Of a DNA stretch of 64,000 nt, positions 25,734 to 38,090 are shown piece by piece (the stretch's first letter is position 1; every line of letters begins with the position of its first letter). Position numbers and translations under genes: made by a program. Below the pieces are notes generated by a model. It saw only the letters and a program-made list of their open reading frames with translations. It was not told the origin of the DNA and made no database searches. Origin of the DNA: Yuukianura sp. NJ FZ-2021 (taxonomy: Eukaryota); assembly GCA_046563655.1 (NCBI GenBank), contig CM102290.1, positions 8,618,001 through 8,682,000 on the forward strand. Reading direction: 5' to 3'.

Positions 25734-26340
25734 TTTTTAAGTTTAGAGACGCAGGGGTGCGATCAGTACTGAAAATTGAAAAACTAAACTGAAAAGTGCA
25801 TTTGAAGTAACGTTTCATTTTGATGTCACTTGAAATGTAACCTGTCATGAATTCACTAATTTTAAATGGAAAAATTAAGCAAAAGCAACAACTCAAAATC
25901 CACTGATCTACTAACCAGTTATGGTTATAATGAAGTCAATGTTTATGTTAATTTAGTAGTTGCAACGGTAAATTTTTGAATGTCCTAAAAATTTTGACTA
26001 CTTTACATTACTTTGTTTCAGCAGTTTTGAAATATATTTATACCGAGGAACTGAATTGGAAAAGAGATTATTTTTTTTAAAAACGGGACCTGCTGTCTCC
26101 AGTTTTTTAAAAATGATACACTCACCCCGACGGGACAAAAAATTCTGAGTTCTTAACGGTGTTATTCTAATTTTTCACTCTGCTAATATCTATAAAATTC
26201 TAGGGTTCCACGGAAGCAAAATTTTGAAGTAAAAGTAGAATTTTGGCAAGGTATTTAATGGATAAAATAGTAGTATCAATTTGAAATAAGTCAATAGTAT
26301 TAAACATGTTAATTAATGAACTAAGCTAAGCTAATTCTTT

Positions 26341-27395
26341 TTATTCTTGAACGTTTGTAGACTTCTTTCGCTTCTTCTTCTTGATGGAATCAACTGCCTC
26401 TACCTCCCCAGCGCTATTTCCATTTAATATAACAGTGTCCGGTGCTTCGCACGTATCGGTGTCTAAATGCTTCTTTCGTTTCTTCTTTTTACTGATACCA
26501 TTCTCCTGAGCCTCTTCACCATTTATAACTACGGCACCATGCTCCGGCTCTGCTAAGGCCTCGGATTCTGATGGTTTCTTCTTCTTCTTTTTCTTTTTAC
26601 CAACACCGTCTTCGGAATCGGGAACATCCGACATGCTAAAGGGTGCAGGATCCGCTGTTATTGTTTCTTCTAGTTCCAGATCCGGTTCAGATTGCTTCTT
26701 TTTCTTTTTCTTCTTCTTTGTACCTCCTTCTGGTTCAACTTCAACTTCGGCCGATTTCTCGGCTTCCTTCGGTGGTTCTTCTATCTTACTAACTGGCGGT
26801 TGCTTCGCATTTTTCCATTCAGTCTCAAGGATACCCCACACTTCGTTTACTGTAACTTCGTTGAAGCCATTTCGACTAACGTTCTTGATGAAATTCTATA
26901 TACATAACGAATTATTAAATAAAACTAGTACATGAGAAGGTTTAGAATTACAAATGTTTATGGCAGGACTTACAATAAACTTGGGCTTTTTCCTAGGAAC
27001 ATTGTCGTGCTTGGCAATAGTATGAAGCAAGTTCCTACTGGATGGACTAATTGAATTTGCGTGCTTTTCAAGCGTCGCTTGAACGATGCTCACCCATTCA
27101 TCTTGTTTCTTTTCTCCCTTGTTGTGATTAGCCGGCGGTTTCCAACCTTTGGCAGAGTAGCGCTCAATTTCACTGATACATTTCGTGTGGGCTTTGTACT
27201 CATCACCCCTACACAAATACATAACAAATGTTTCATCAATGTCAAAAATATTTTAACCAATAAGAATTTAACTTGCCCAAAATCCTTATTGCAATCGATA
27301 CAAGAAAAACTGGAAGTTCGACATTGGAATGTATGCTTCTCCACTTGGTTCTTCTTCAACGATGTTCCGCAATTTCCACAAACGAACGTTACCAT
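26341..27395 (-). CDS. LYAR: Cell growth-regulating nucleolar protein LYAR
   Basis: Tandem C2HC fingers MVTFVCGNCGTSLKKNQVEKH...C and SCIDCNKDF-GGDEYKAHTKCISE, NVPRKKPKF motif, and Lys-rich repeated tail. Confidence 0.92.
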
Positions 27396-28287
27396 CTTCA
27401 ACGTTGCGATTCAGGTTGATGTTTTATGTAGATCTTCCTTGAGCCTTCAAGTACCGTTTCTAAAACCAAAATCAGAAATAACAAATTTCACAATGCTGAA
27501 AACCGACAATTGAAATTACATAAAAAAAACAAGTTGAGCATAATTTTACCTTACGCTTCGTCGATCTTGCAAACCCAAATGAAGTATAACTATTTAAATA
27601 CGGAACACGAGTGAGGCGTTACTATAAGTAAACAAAACGCTAACAGCAGTTCTACTCCAGTAATTACTGAATGAATAGTGACTGACCACCTATACTAATT
27701 CTAAAATACGCCAAGCACGTGCTCCAAAAAAATCTGTGACAACATGCTCTAATACAAATTCAATTCTGAATGCCTAAAAATGAATTCAAGTGTATTGCAA
27801 CAAAAAATAACACTCCACATTCATTAATCTTTTGTAAAATAATAGTTTAATTAAATATCATCGCTACTAATACCAATTAACTCGCGAAATGCTTTAGATT
27901 CTCGTTACAGTTCACTTAAATTGACAAAATATAGAAAATATATTTTGCCCGTCATACTTCTGAAAACTGGAGTTGTGTTACATGGCACCTCTTAGTACGA
28001 CCGTGCATTTTGACCTTGCTGCCAATTTATTGTCGAAGTTAAATTAACTTAATTCTATATGTTATGTGGAGTTAGTTAAATTTATAATTAAATTTCTGAA
28101 TTTTGAACATCCATTAGTAGTACTAAGCAAACATTGGTAAAGTCTTCCTATTCCGGTACTTCCTACGAGTTTTAAAATATTTGATACTATAAATTCCCTC
28201 CATAAAAATTTAAATTTTCAAGGTTTGCTGTTTTTTTTTGCAGAAAATTCTGAGGAAAATTCTGAGATTTCTCAAAAGTCAAAATAA

Positions 28288-29298
28288 ATGGCGTCCGGCG
28301 TCGTTCGAGTAATTAAGTTGGGTAGATTTCCGTATTTGCCAACATTTCGCTTACAAAAATGGTTTGAACAAAGGAGTCTCAACGATGACAAGTCTGATCC
28401 TGTCCTAATTCTCGTGGAACACAATCCAGGTAAACAGATATTGGAATGACAGCGACAGCCACCATTTTGTAATTTTACGACATACTTTTCAAAAGTCAAT
28501 AAACTCATCTCCTCATCCTTGATTTACGAAATTAAAACACATTATTTGAGAGTGGCACTTCTGATAATCAGTTTCATTTTTTTTATTCCAGTTTATACTG
28601 CTGGATTTCGTGAAAAGATTGACGAGGAGCTCAAACATAAACTACTTACATCAGGAGCTGAATTTATTCAGTCAAATCGCGGTGGTCTAATGACGTTCCA
28701 CGGTCCGGGACAACTTGTTGCCTACCCAATCTTCCATCTTCAGCGCATGCGTCCTCGTACAACTCTGCGTCAGTATGTTTCACGTCTGGAAGAAACGGCA
28801 ATCCACACATGCCGGATGCTGGGAATTCCCGCTAGGCTCAGCGATGTTAGCGTATCGCACACTGGAGCTTGGGTCAACGACAAAAAGATCTGTGCCATAG
28901 GTAACTGCGACCAATACTTTTTTGTCATTCCTACAATTCAAGTACCCTGGAACAGGTATTCAAACTTTGCACTGATTCTTTGTTCTATTAAACTTATAGG
29001 TGTTCACTGTCGCCGGTATGTCACGACGCACGGGTTAGCTCTGAATAACACAGTTGACTTGAGGTGGTACGACAACATTGTACCTTGTGGAATCTCGGAC
29101 AAGGGAGTCACATCTATCCAGAATGAAATTGGCGAACAACTTCCAATGGAGACATTAGAATCTCAATTTCTTCAATCTTTTCAGTCGATATTCAAATGCC
29201 AACTAGATCAATTCGACCATGAGCTACTAAAAAACATACTTCAAACATTAGATTCTGAAAGTCAAAGTCAACAAGCAAAAACTGAGTCAACTGCTTAA
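28288..29298 (+). CDS. LIPT2: Octanoyltransferase LipB/LIPT2; three coding exons
   Basis: LILVEHNP-VYTAG, RGGLMTFHGPGQLVAYPI, KKICAIG, TTHGLALN, IVPCG. Confidence 0.93.
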
Positions 29299-29595
29299 AA
29301 ATGGCTGATGAAGACTGTATGAAATATTAAAATTTTTCAATTTTTTTTATTTCTCTCGAAATACAAATATTATATCCTAAATACTCTGTAGCTCATTTAG
29401 GTAGATGTCAACAGATAATTTGCTCAGTAAATGCGCCGTGTTCGTAGTGAAAATTCATTCAAGGATTTGCTGGATTGGATTTTGGATATATCAAAATTTT
29501 CTTAGAGTGACGCGTAGTTATTAGTTATTCATGACCATTAACATCGATAGCATTAACGCCAAAGTACATAATGAAAATCGTAAAAACAGTAAGAT

Positions 29596-32500
29596 TTAGG
29601 AAAGTTCGAAACCAGCTTCCGCTTCGATTGCATAGATTAGTTTCTCTCGAAGAGTATCCATATCTTCGTATTCTGGGAGTTTCAGCAGATTCATACAAGT
29701 AGCCGCTATAAAATAAAAGAAAATGATGTTGAGGTGTTCTCAAATACCAAAAAACATCAATACTGAGTTACCAGTTGGTAGTCTGTCACTGGTACCCGCA
29801 CCAGCGCTTTGGATTCCAAAATTCGGAGTCAAATCTTTAAAACCATGGATAGGCGGTCGGGAACAAGATGTGACAAACTTGAGTAATTTGCGAAGATGAC
29901 GTTCATTGAAGCCCTCCAGCACCTGAGTCCAATCAGAAGTCACAACGTTTAAATCACTACTAATAACTAGAATGAAAATCGCTTGAAGGAAGCCATTCTT
30001 TACCTGCCAAAACATCTTGATGCACGGATGAACAGCTTGATAACCTGCACTATAATTTGTGTTCTGCTTCCAATCCTCAATATCAATTGGCTTGTCTGAG
30101 CCTGAGATCAGAGTCTGCAACTCCCTCCACGAGAAGATGTCCAAAGCTGCCACTGCTGAGTTGAGTCCAGCTCGAAAGCAGAGACATTCCCGTGCGACTT
30201 CCCTTTAAAAAAATGACAATAATGTTTTCCGTATGCTTTAAAATATTTTGCTATTCTATCACTTACTTGTTGATCTTATAGTTTGCCACCAAATGAATGT
30301 ACTCAATCACGTTGTTTTGATCCACAGCAATTGAACCTCCATCTTTCTTTAGTGCCACCGTCTTTGTCTCTCCAAGTTCGTTAAATGTAAGTGTAAAGTC
30401 GAGTCCTGCAATAAATTGGATTGAATGCTGAACTTTCAACTTTCAACAAAACAGTTTTTTTTTTCAAAATACCAAGAGATGTGAAATCGCCGGTAAATGT
30501 CTTCAAGCCCAACAAGTTACTGTGCAAAGCAGGGTCCAGAGTAGCCAAGTAATCTACAGGACGGTCCACGTCCCCTTCTATGCATTTTTGCAGAAAGAAC
30601 CCAGAAAATGGTAACTCCAGAAATGTTTTTTCGTAGAGGGCTTTTCCAACAAGCCTTCCAATCAGGTAGAAATGTTGAGAAAAATCAGGTATAATCTTCT
30701 GTGCAATGGGATTCGGATAAATTCGGTTTTGAGAATCTCCGCGGAAAATCCCACGATTGGGATCCACTCCTGCCTTTGTAGCCTCTATAAGGAATTCACG
30801 CAACAGTCCACCACCATCGACTCCAGCCTCCAGAATTCCAGCAGAATTCACCAAGGAAATCGTGATGGGATCCCGTATTTGACGTACTGAAACACGACAA
30901 TTCATTTTCAATGTTAAGTTATTTTAAACACAACGAGATACTCGACTGAAATTTTTGAGAGTTCTTACTGCTGAGCACCTTCTCAAATGTATCTTCATAA
31001 AGCATATTGCGACGAATTCGAAGAACTGAGCGCCGAGCATGAGGTACAAACCGCTCTTGCTTGTCATTGTCAATCATCCTACGTTTTCAAATCCGGATTT
31101 CAGGATATTACAGTTCACAAAACGTTTGAGCTAAAACAGTACGAACTAATACCATTACGTACCTATGCCAGGCTGCAACTCGGTCTTGAAATGGTAATGC
31201 AAATGGGTATTCCTTCAGTACCCGCCACATTGATTGTTCATGAACAGATGAGGTCTCCACTTTGCCAAGCAGGAAATCATCATCAGTCATCGAATGACTT
31301 CGAACAGGACACACGAGCGCAAGCGAATGTGACTGGAAAATTTCTTCAGGAAACAGCCGGGTAGTTGTATTACGTTCGTGTAATGCGCAGAGAAATGTAG
31401 TGTACAACTGAAAACAAATAAGATCAGTGAAATCTAAATATAAACGGAATTTTAGATGAGAATCGGTTACATTTAACATTCTACCTTCAGTTCGACATCG
31501 GTAGAGTGGAGACTAGATCCTATTCCAAGAATGCTGTTCGTGTATTTAGTGACAAGATGGGCCACAAGTCTTCCAAATTGGCTTATATCCGGGAGTACCA
31601 ATTCCGTAAATTCTACATCATGAAAGGTCTTCATCAAGGTGTGGAAGAGCCATACAAAGGTAATTAATTGATTCCCGTCTTTAACTTGATCTCCGTCGAA
31701 AAGCTAATAAATAAGAGGTAATTATTTTAAATTGTTCCAAGCTAATGGCAGTTTTTGCTACAACCAATTCGTTACAACTAACAGTTGAATTACCTGTTTC
31801 AATGCTTGACACATATATGGCCCGTTGTATGCCAACTGACCCAAGAATGGGAAATCTTGCAGCAATTCTTCTTTCTCGTTGTTACATACGAGACAACTGA
31901 TCAATGTGTCCACGGCCTCTTGTGCAATTTTCCCACTCGCAATCCAACTCGCTACTGGCAGCGGCCGAAGATACACACCCAACTTACCAATAACCTTGAA
32001 AAAAAAGAGAAAATTAGTAAGTAAATTAATTCAAGTTCGAAGGTTTACTATGGAAGTTATTGGTTTGGCATTATAACGCTTACGTAATCACGTTCAAAAA
32101 CATATCGCCTCAGCTCCTTTCTTTGAGCAGCCAATCCCTCATCCTCATTTTCGACCAACATATCGTGCTCGTCATCATCTTCCTCATCTTCGGGCAGTGT
32201 TAAGTCGCTGATGTGTAAGGAGGTTTCAAATCTGTTGAATTAAGGCAATAATAACAAGTCGTATAATAATTATGAAGACAAATTCAACTTCAAGATCTTC
32301 TCAAAAAATGAACTGGAGGTTTAGGCAATTAATTTGAGTGAAAATCACGTGATAATATTTGGCTCACAAATAAAACCATACCTGTCATCTACAGAGGGGA
32401 GTAGTCGTGACAAAATCGTGGCAATTGGTTGCAAAATCTCAACGTCAACATCACTTGTCATGTCGGATGGTAATGCTGAAATGGCCGCGCACAAAAGATG

Positions 32501-33823
32501 TCGGATGGCTTTTCGTCCTTTATCCTCGTAGTGTAAGTAACGTTCGGGAGTGAGAGTCATAAGCCAGTCTTTCCAAGGAAAATTATCTTGCCCCACAACA
32601 TCCCTCTAAAAATCAAACAAGAAAATGTTATGGTATCGATTTGACCATTTCCTTTGTCGAATTACGTGAGAACAAAACTTACGCGCGTAATTAATGCAAA
32701 TACAAGCTCCCCCGAACTCAGATACGTATCATCCCTTATTGAATGGCCAATCACGAAACTCTCAGTGAAGAGATTCAGCAAGTGACATGAAACCATTTCC
32801 TTTGATGCGATCCCTGAATTACTGTCATTGTTGGGGTATCGTTTCCAGATATCCAATTTCTTATCCAGAACATATTCAGATGGCCCTTCTTCAAGTCTGG
32901 ATAGGAAGTCGAAGAAAATTTTGAGAATCGAAATCACGTCATCAGTCTTGTCTATAATAGCGCGTTCAGAAACTGGGAGATATCTCGTATCCCGCAGAGC
33001 AATTTCATACTCGTTGTGCCAAACGTGGAAGAAGTTTACGGAAGTGGATAGGTCCAGCCAAATTTTTAAGAAGAATTTTAACGAATTCGTCCAATCCGTT
33101 TGAGGTTCGTTTTCACACTCGTAAAATATAGCCTGTAGGAAAGGCAACCACAAAACAAAGTTAAAAAAAAATCAAAAATAAGAATCTCCCCGTTGTATTC
33201 AAAAATATTGGTCTTACCTTGAAAAATTCCAATCCGGTTCTGTGACAGCTTGTTCTATTGCTATTTGTTTTGCCGTCACCAGAGCGGAGATACCACAGTA
33301 CACCTAGCCGTATGAACTTACTAATTCTCATTGCCCAAACTGGACTATTGCAACATTTAGAGGCGATTTCTGCCTTGTATCTGACCATTTGGCTAGCGTG
33401 CTTGCTAAATGCAACTCCATTTTTCTGATTGATCCCGTCAAAGAATTTTAGGAGGCGAGCAATTTGTTCTCCATGACTCTCCAATGTATCACAGTCTTCT
33501 CGTTTAGCAATTTCCCAGTATTGTGCTTCGAACTCCTTCTTGAGTCGTGCTCTTACCAGAAATCCCCTTACAACTGCTTGAATAATCTTTATTGATACCT
33601 CCATAACCCGTTCTTTCTGCATTCAAATTAGTTTTAGAAGTAACAAGAATAAACATATTCCAGTGAATTGAATGGAACGTCAACTTACTTCTCTCCGACT
33701 CCGACATGTTTGAGCTCTTTCTATCAATGCAACCTTCGTTGGTTCCTTCACAATTTTGCCCCTAAGATTTTGACGTGGGAGACGGCGATGCTGGCCTTCG
33801 AAGGAGTAGGGTACTCCGGACAT
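29596..33823 (-). CDS. UBE3C: HECT E3 ubiquitin ligase with N-terminal IQ motif (UBE3C-like)
   Basis: N-terminus [19 protein letters not shown] motif [37 protein letters not shown], and catalytic/C-terminal region [17 protein letters not shown]...AGFELS*. Confidence 0.88.
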
Positions 33824-34769
33824 TCTGCAGCGCAAGGTTGGAGAGATTCCCGATACAAACCCGATTTAAAGTTAATCAGTAAATGTTAAAAATGAACGAC
33901 GACAAATAACAAAACACTACCAAATGAAATGGTCATCGTTCCTTTATCCTTTGTATTGACTAATACTGGGACACAAGGAAAAAAAACAGAAAGACTAAAA
34001 TAAAAAAGGAGTATAGGGGTACACTAATACTAGGTCAACTCTGAATCCTGAATCGTGACGAACGGATGATGTCGCATCCTCGCATCTCGCATCGCAGATG
34101 CAGAGAATTTCTAATGGTTTGTAATTTTAGGAAGATTCAATTCAATCCAAGCTCTTGCTCTTTCAAATTAATATAAACTCATCATTTCAATGTGCTAGGG
34201 TCATCTGGTAGTAGGGTCATAGTCCATAGGACAAAAAATACTCCCCTGATGATTCTGAATTTTCATAGGGGTCATTTTTCAGGTTGTCAGGGGTGCGGAC
34301 TTAGAAAATTTTTGACTCCAGAATTTCAAAAAAAATGGGAAGGGGGGACACATGGGGTAAAAAACTTTTTTTTTGCTACAAAAGTTCCAAAAACGTTTGA
34401 AACATGATAAAAAGTGAAAACAACGAAATTTTTTTTTAAATTCTTGACCAAAAAACTAGGAAAACAACCACCCCAACAACGACAATTAAACCAGCGATCC
34501 AGGCTGGATCTATGAAGCGAGCCGAGCCAGCTTGCCAGGCTCAGATCTGATCGCAACGTTTGACCGGTCCGCCTCGGATCGCTGAGTTAATTTTGTGGCG
34601 TCAACGTTTTTTGGGTTCGGCTCGCTTGGCTTGCCGAGAAAAATCAGGTGTTGGCTCGGCGATCCAATTAACTTTCAGAAGTATGAGGGGAGATACGTTA
34701 CTCTTTGCATCAAATTATTAACTTATTACAAGCATGCTCCGCAAGCTTGTAATAAGTTAATAATTGGTA

Positions 34770-37700
34770 GACCCAATGGGTCTACCAATGCCCGCTACCC
34801 TATATCCACAATACGCGGTTTTATCAAAACTCTCAAGTTTTCGAGAATTTCGAATTTGCACGAATCGCAAAATCCCCCGTCGTCCAAAACCAACATGGCC
34901 ATCTCGCGGCATTGGATGGAGAAACTGTGTGGATATTTTAGTCATTTAACTTTCTCCATCACTCCCGTAAACAAATAGTTCGAGGCTCAAAGGAACAGTG
35001 GAGGCCGGAAGGCAACTAAAAACCATTCAAACAACCAGCGCCAAAGCAATTATGATTCCCTCGAACATCCTGCCATACTAGTACTTTTAATATTTAATTT
35101 TAAATTTCCAAAAAAAAGGAAAATGCACTGTAGTGAATTTGTTAGCCTAATCCTGACTTTTTCCAAAAATCCTTCTGTAGAAAGTTAGAAGGTGTGATGG
35201 TGTTTTTAAAAATCAATACTTTGGAATTTTTTAAATTTCCATAAAAAAGGAAAATGCACTGTAGTGAATTTGGTAGCCTAATCCTGACTTTTTCCAAAAA
35301 TCCTTCTGTAGAAAGTTAGAAGGTGTGATGGTGTTTTTAAAAATCAATACTTTGGAATTTTTTAAATTTCCATAAAAAAGGAAAATGCACTGTAGTGAAT
35401 TTGTTAGCCTAATCCTGACTTTTTCCAAAAATCCTTCTGTAGAAAGTTAGAAGGTGTGATGGTGTTTTTAAAAATCAATACTTTGGAATTTTTTAAATTT
35501 CCATAAAAAAGGAAAATGCACTGTAGTGAATTTGTTAGCCTAATCCTGACTTTTTCCAAAAATCCTTCTGTAGAAAGTTAGAAGGTGTGATGGTGTTTTT
35601 AAAAATCAATACTTTGGAATTTTTTAAATTTCCATAAAAAAGGAAAATGCACTGTAGTGAACTTGTTAGCCTAATCCTGACTTTTTCCAAAAATCCTTCT
35701 GTAGAAAGTTAGAAGGTGTGATGGTGTTTTTAAAAATCAATACTTTGGAATTTTTTAAATTTCCATAAAAAAGGAAAATGCACTGTAGTGAATTTGTTAG
35801 CCTAATCCTGACTTTTTCCAAAAATCCTTCTGTAGAAAGTTAGAAGGTGTGATGGTGTTTTTAAAAATCAATACTTTGGAATTTTTTAAATTTCCATAAA
35901 AAGTAGTGAATTTGTTAGCCTAATCCTGACTTTTTCCAAAAATCCTTCTGTAGAAAGTTAGAAGGTGTGATGGTGTTTTTAAAAATCAATACTTTGGAAT
36001 TTTTTAAATTTCCATAAAAAAGGAAAATGCACTGTAGTGAATTTGTTAGCCTAATCCTGACTTTTTCCAAAAATCCTTCTGTAGAAAGTTAGAAGGTGTG
36101 ATGGTGTTTTTAAAAATCAATACTTTGGAATTCTTTAAATTTCCATAAAAAAGGAAAATGCACTGTAGTGAATTTGTTAGCCTAATCCTGACTTTTTCCA
36201 AAAATCCTTCTGTAGAAAGTTAGAAGGTGTGATGGTGTTTTTAAAAATCAATACTTTGGAATTTTTTAAATTTCCATAAAAAAGGAAAATGCACTGTAGT
36301 GAATTTGTTAGCCTAATCCTGACTTTTTCCAAAAATCCTTCTGTAGAAAGTTAGAAGGTGTGATGGTGTTTTTAAAAATCAATACTTTGGAATTTTTTAA
36401 ATTTCCATAAAAAAGGAAAATGCACTGTAGTGAATTTGTTAGCCTAATCCTGACTTTTTCCAAAAATCCTTCTGTAGAAAGTTAGAAGGTGTGATGGTGT
36501 TTTTAAAAATCAATACTTTGGAATTTTTTAAATTTCCATAAAAAAGGAAAATGCACTGTAGTGAATTTGTTAGCCTAATCCTGACTTTTTCCAAAAATCC
36601 TTCTGTAGAAAGTTAGAAGGTGTGATGGTGTTTTTAAAAATCAATACTTTGGAATTTTTTAAATTTCCATAAAAAAGGAAAATGCACTGTAGTGAATTTG
36701 TTAGCCTAATCCTGACTTTTTCCAAAAATCCTTCTGTAGAAAGTTAGAAGGTGTGATGGTGTTTTTAAAAATCAATACTTTGGAATTCTTTAAATTTCCA
36801 TAAAAAAGGAAAATGCACTGTAGTGAATTTGTTAGCCTAATCCTGACTTTTTCCAAAAATCCTTCTGTAGAAAGTTAGAAGGTGTGATGGTGTTTTTAAA
36901 AATCAATACTTTGGAATTTTTTAAATTTCCATAAAAAAGGAAAATGCACTGTAGTGAATTTGTTAGCCTAATCCTGACTTTTTCCAAAAATCCTTCTGTA
37001 GAAAGTTAGAAGGTGTGATGGTGTTTTTAAAAATCAATACTTTGGAATTTTTTAAATTTCCATAAAAAAGGAAAATGCACTGTAGTGAATTTGTTAGCCT
37101 AATCCTGACTTTTTCCAAAAATCCTTCTGTAGAAAGTTAGAAGGTGTGATGGTGTTTTTAAAAATCAATACTTTGGAATTTTTTAAATTTCCATAAAAAA
37201 GGAAAATGCACTGTAGGGAATTTGTTAGCCTAATCCTGACTTTTTCCAAAAATCCTTCTGTAGAAAGTTAGAAGGTGTGATGGTGTTTTTAAAAATCAAT
37301 ACTTTGGAATTTTTTAAATTTCCATAAAAAAGGAAAATGCACTGTAGTGAATTTGTTAGCCTAATCCTGACTTTTTCCAAAAATCCTTCTGTAGAAAGTT
37401 AGAAGGTGTGATGGTGTTTTTAAAAATCAATACTTTGGAATTTTTTAAATTTCCATAAAAAAAGAAAATGCACTGTAGTGAATTTGTTAGCCTAATCCTG
37501 ACTTTTTCCAAAAATCCTTCTGTAGATTTGGAATTTGACCCAGAGATGAGCTCATCGTAAGCTTTGACCTCAGTACTTTGGGCGGGCATCCTGTCTCACG
37601 GAACTAGAAGTTTCCAGACCAAACTACTGCTCAAGTTGAAAACGAAGAGAGACACCACCGTAGCACCTAATCTCAATTCCAGTCGAGTCCACTTTATTAG

Positions 37701-38090
37701 ATGGAATTTCTCATGGAGAAAGCACCGGAGAAAGTCATGGGGTCAGATGGCTCAGGAAAAAGTACTAACATCGAATCTCGACTTGCAGCGGAGAAACAGA
37801 CTAATGAAATCCATTACCGTCTGCTTCTTGTTTCCTCTCCCAAGAAAAAGGTGTGTTGACATGACAGCTTGACCTCTTCTAAACCGCTTCCCAGATTTAT
37901 GAGACATTGAACTTCTCAATTCCGTTTCCTGGATTCATGAAGCGGGTACCAATTCCTTGTCAATATTCTGCATGAATGCGAGACTGACTTTAACTCAAAA
38001 CGAGCGTGTCAATGAGCCACAAAATCCAAATCCATTTTCAGTCGCCATAATTCCATTGCCTTTTATCAAGTACTCAAAAGTGACTGTTGA
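34770..38090 (+). pseudogene. Possible decayed lineage-specific gene flanking the tandem array
   Basis: Both flanks of the array are relatively GC-balanced and read as long frames broken by isolated stops (e.g. ...IRGFIKTLKFSR...EKLCGYFSHLTFSI; ...VAPNLNSSRVHF...LLNRFPDL*DIELLN). No family assignable. Confidence 0.25.
35096..37526. repeat. Tandem array, 131-bp unit, ~18.6 copies
   Basis: Unit GGAAAATGCACTGTAGTGAATTTGTTAGCCTAATCCTGACTTTTTCCAAAAATCCTTCTGTAGAAAGTTAGAAGGTGTGATGGTGTTTTTAAAAATCAATACTTTGGAATTTTTTAAATTTCCATAAAAAA, starting at 35118, 35249, 35380 ... 37463. One 13-bp deletion near 35903 and a few substitutions. Confidence 0.98.

Noticed and set aside
28288..29298. Horizontal transfer of bacterial-like LipB (and NeuB-like NANS)
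   Set aside because: Both are standard animal genes and carry ordinary spliceosomal introns here.
35096..37526. CRISPR-like or coding-repeat interpretation of the array
   Set aside because: Units are contiguous and near-identical with no unique spacers or cas genes. 131 is not a multiple of 3, and the ORFs over it are short by-products.
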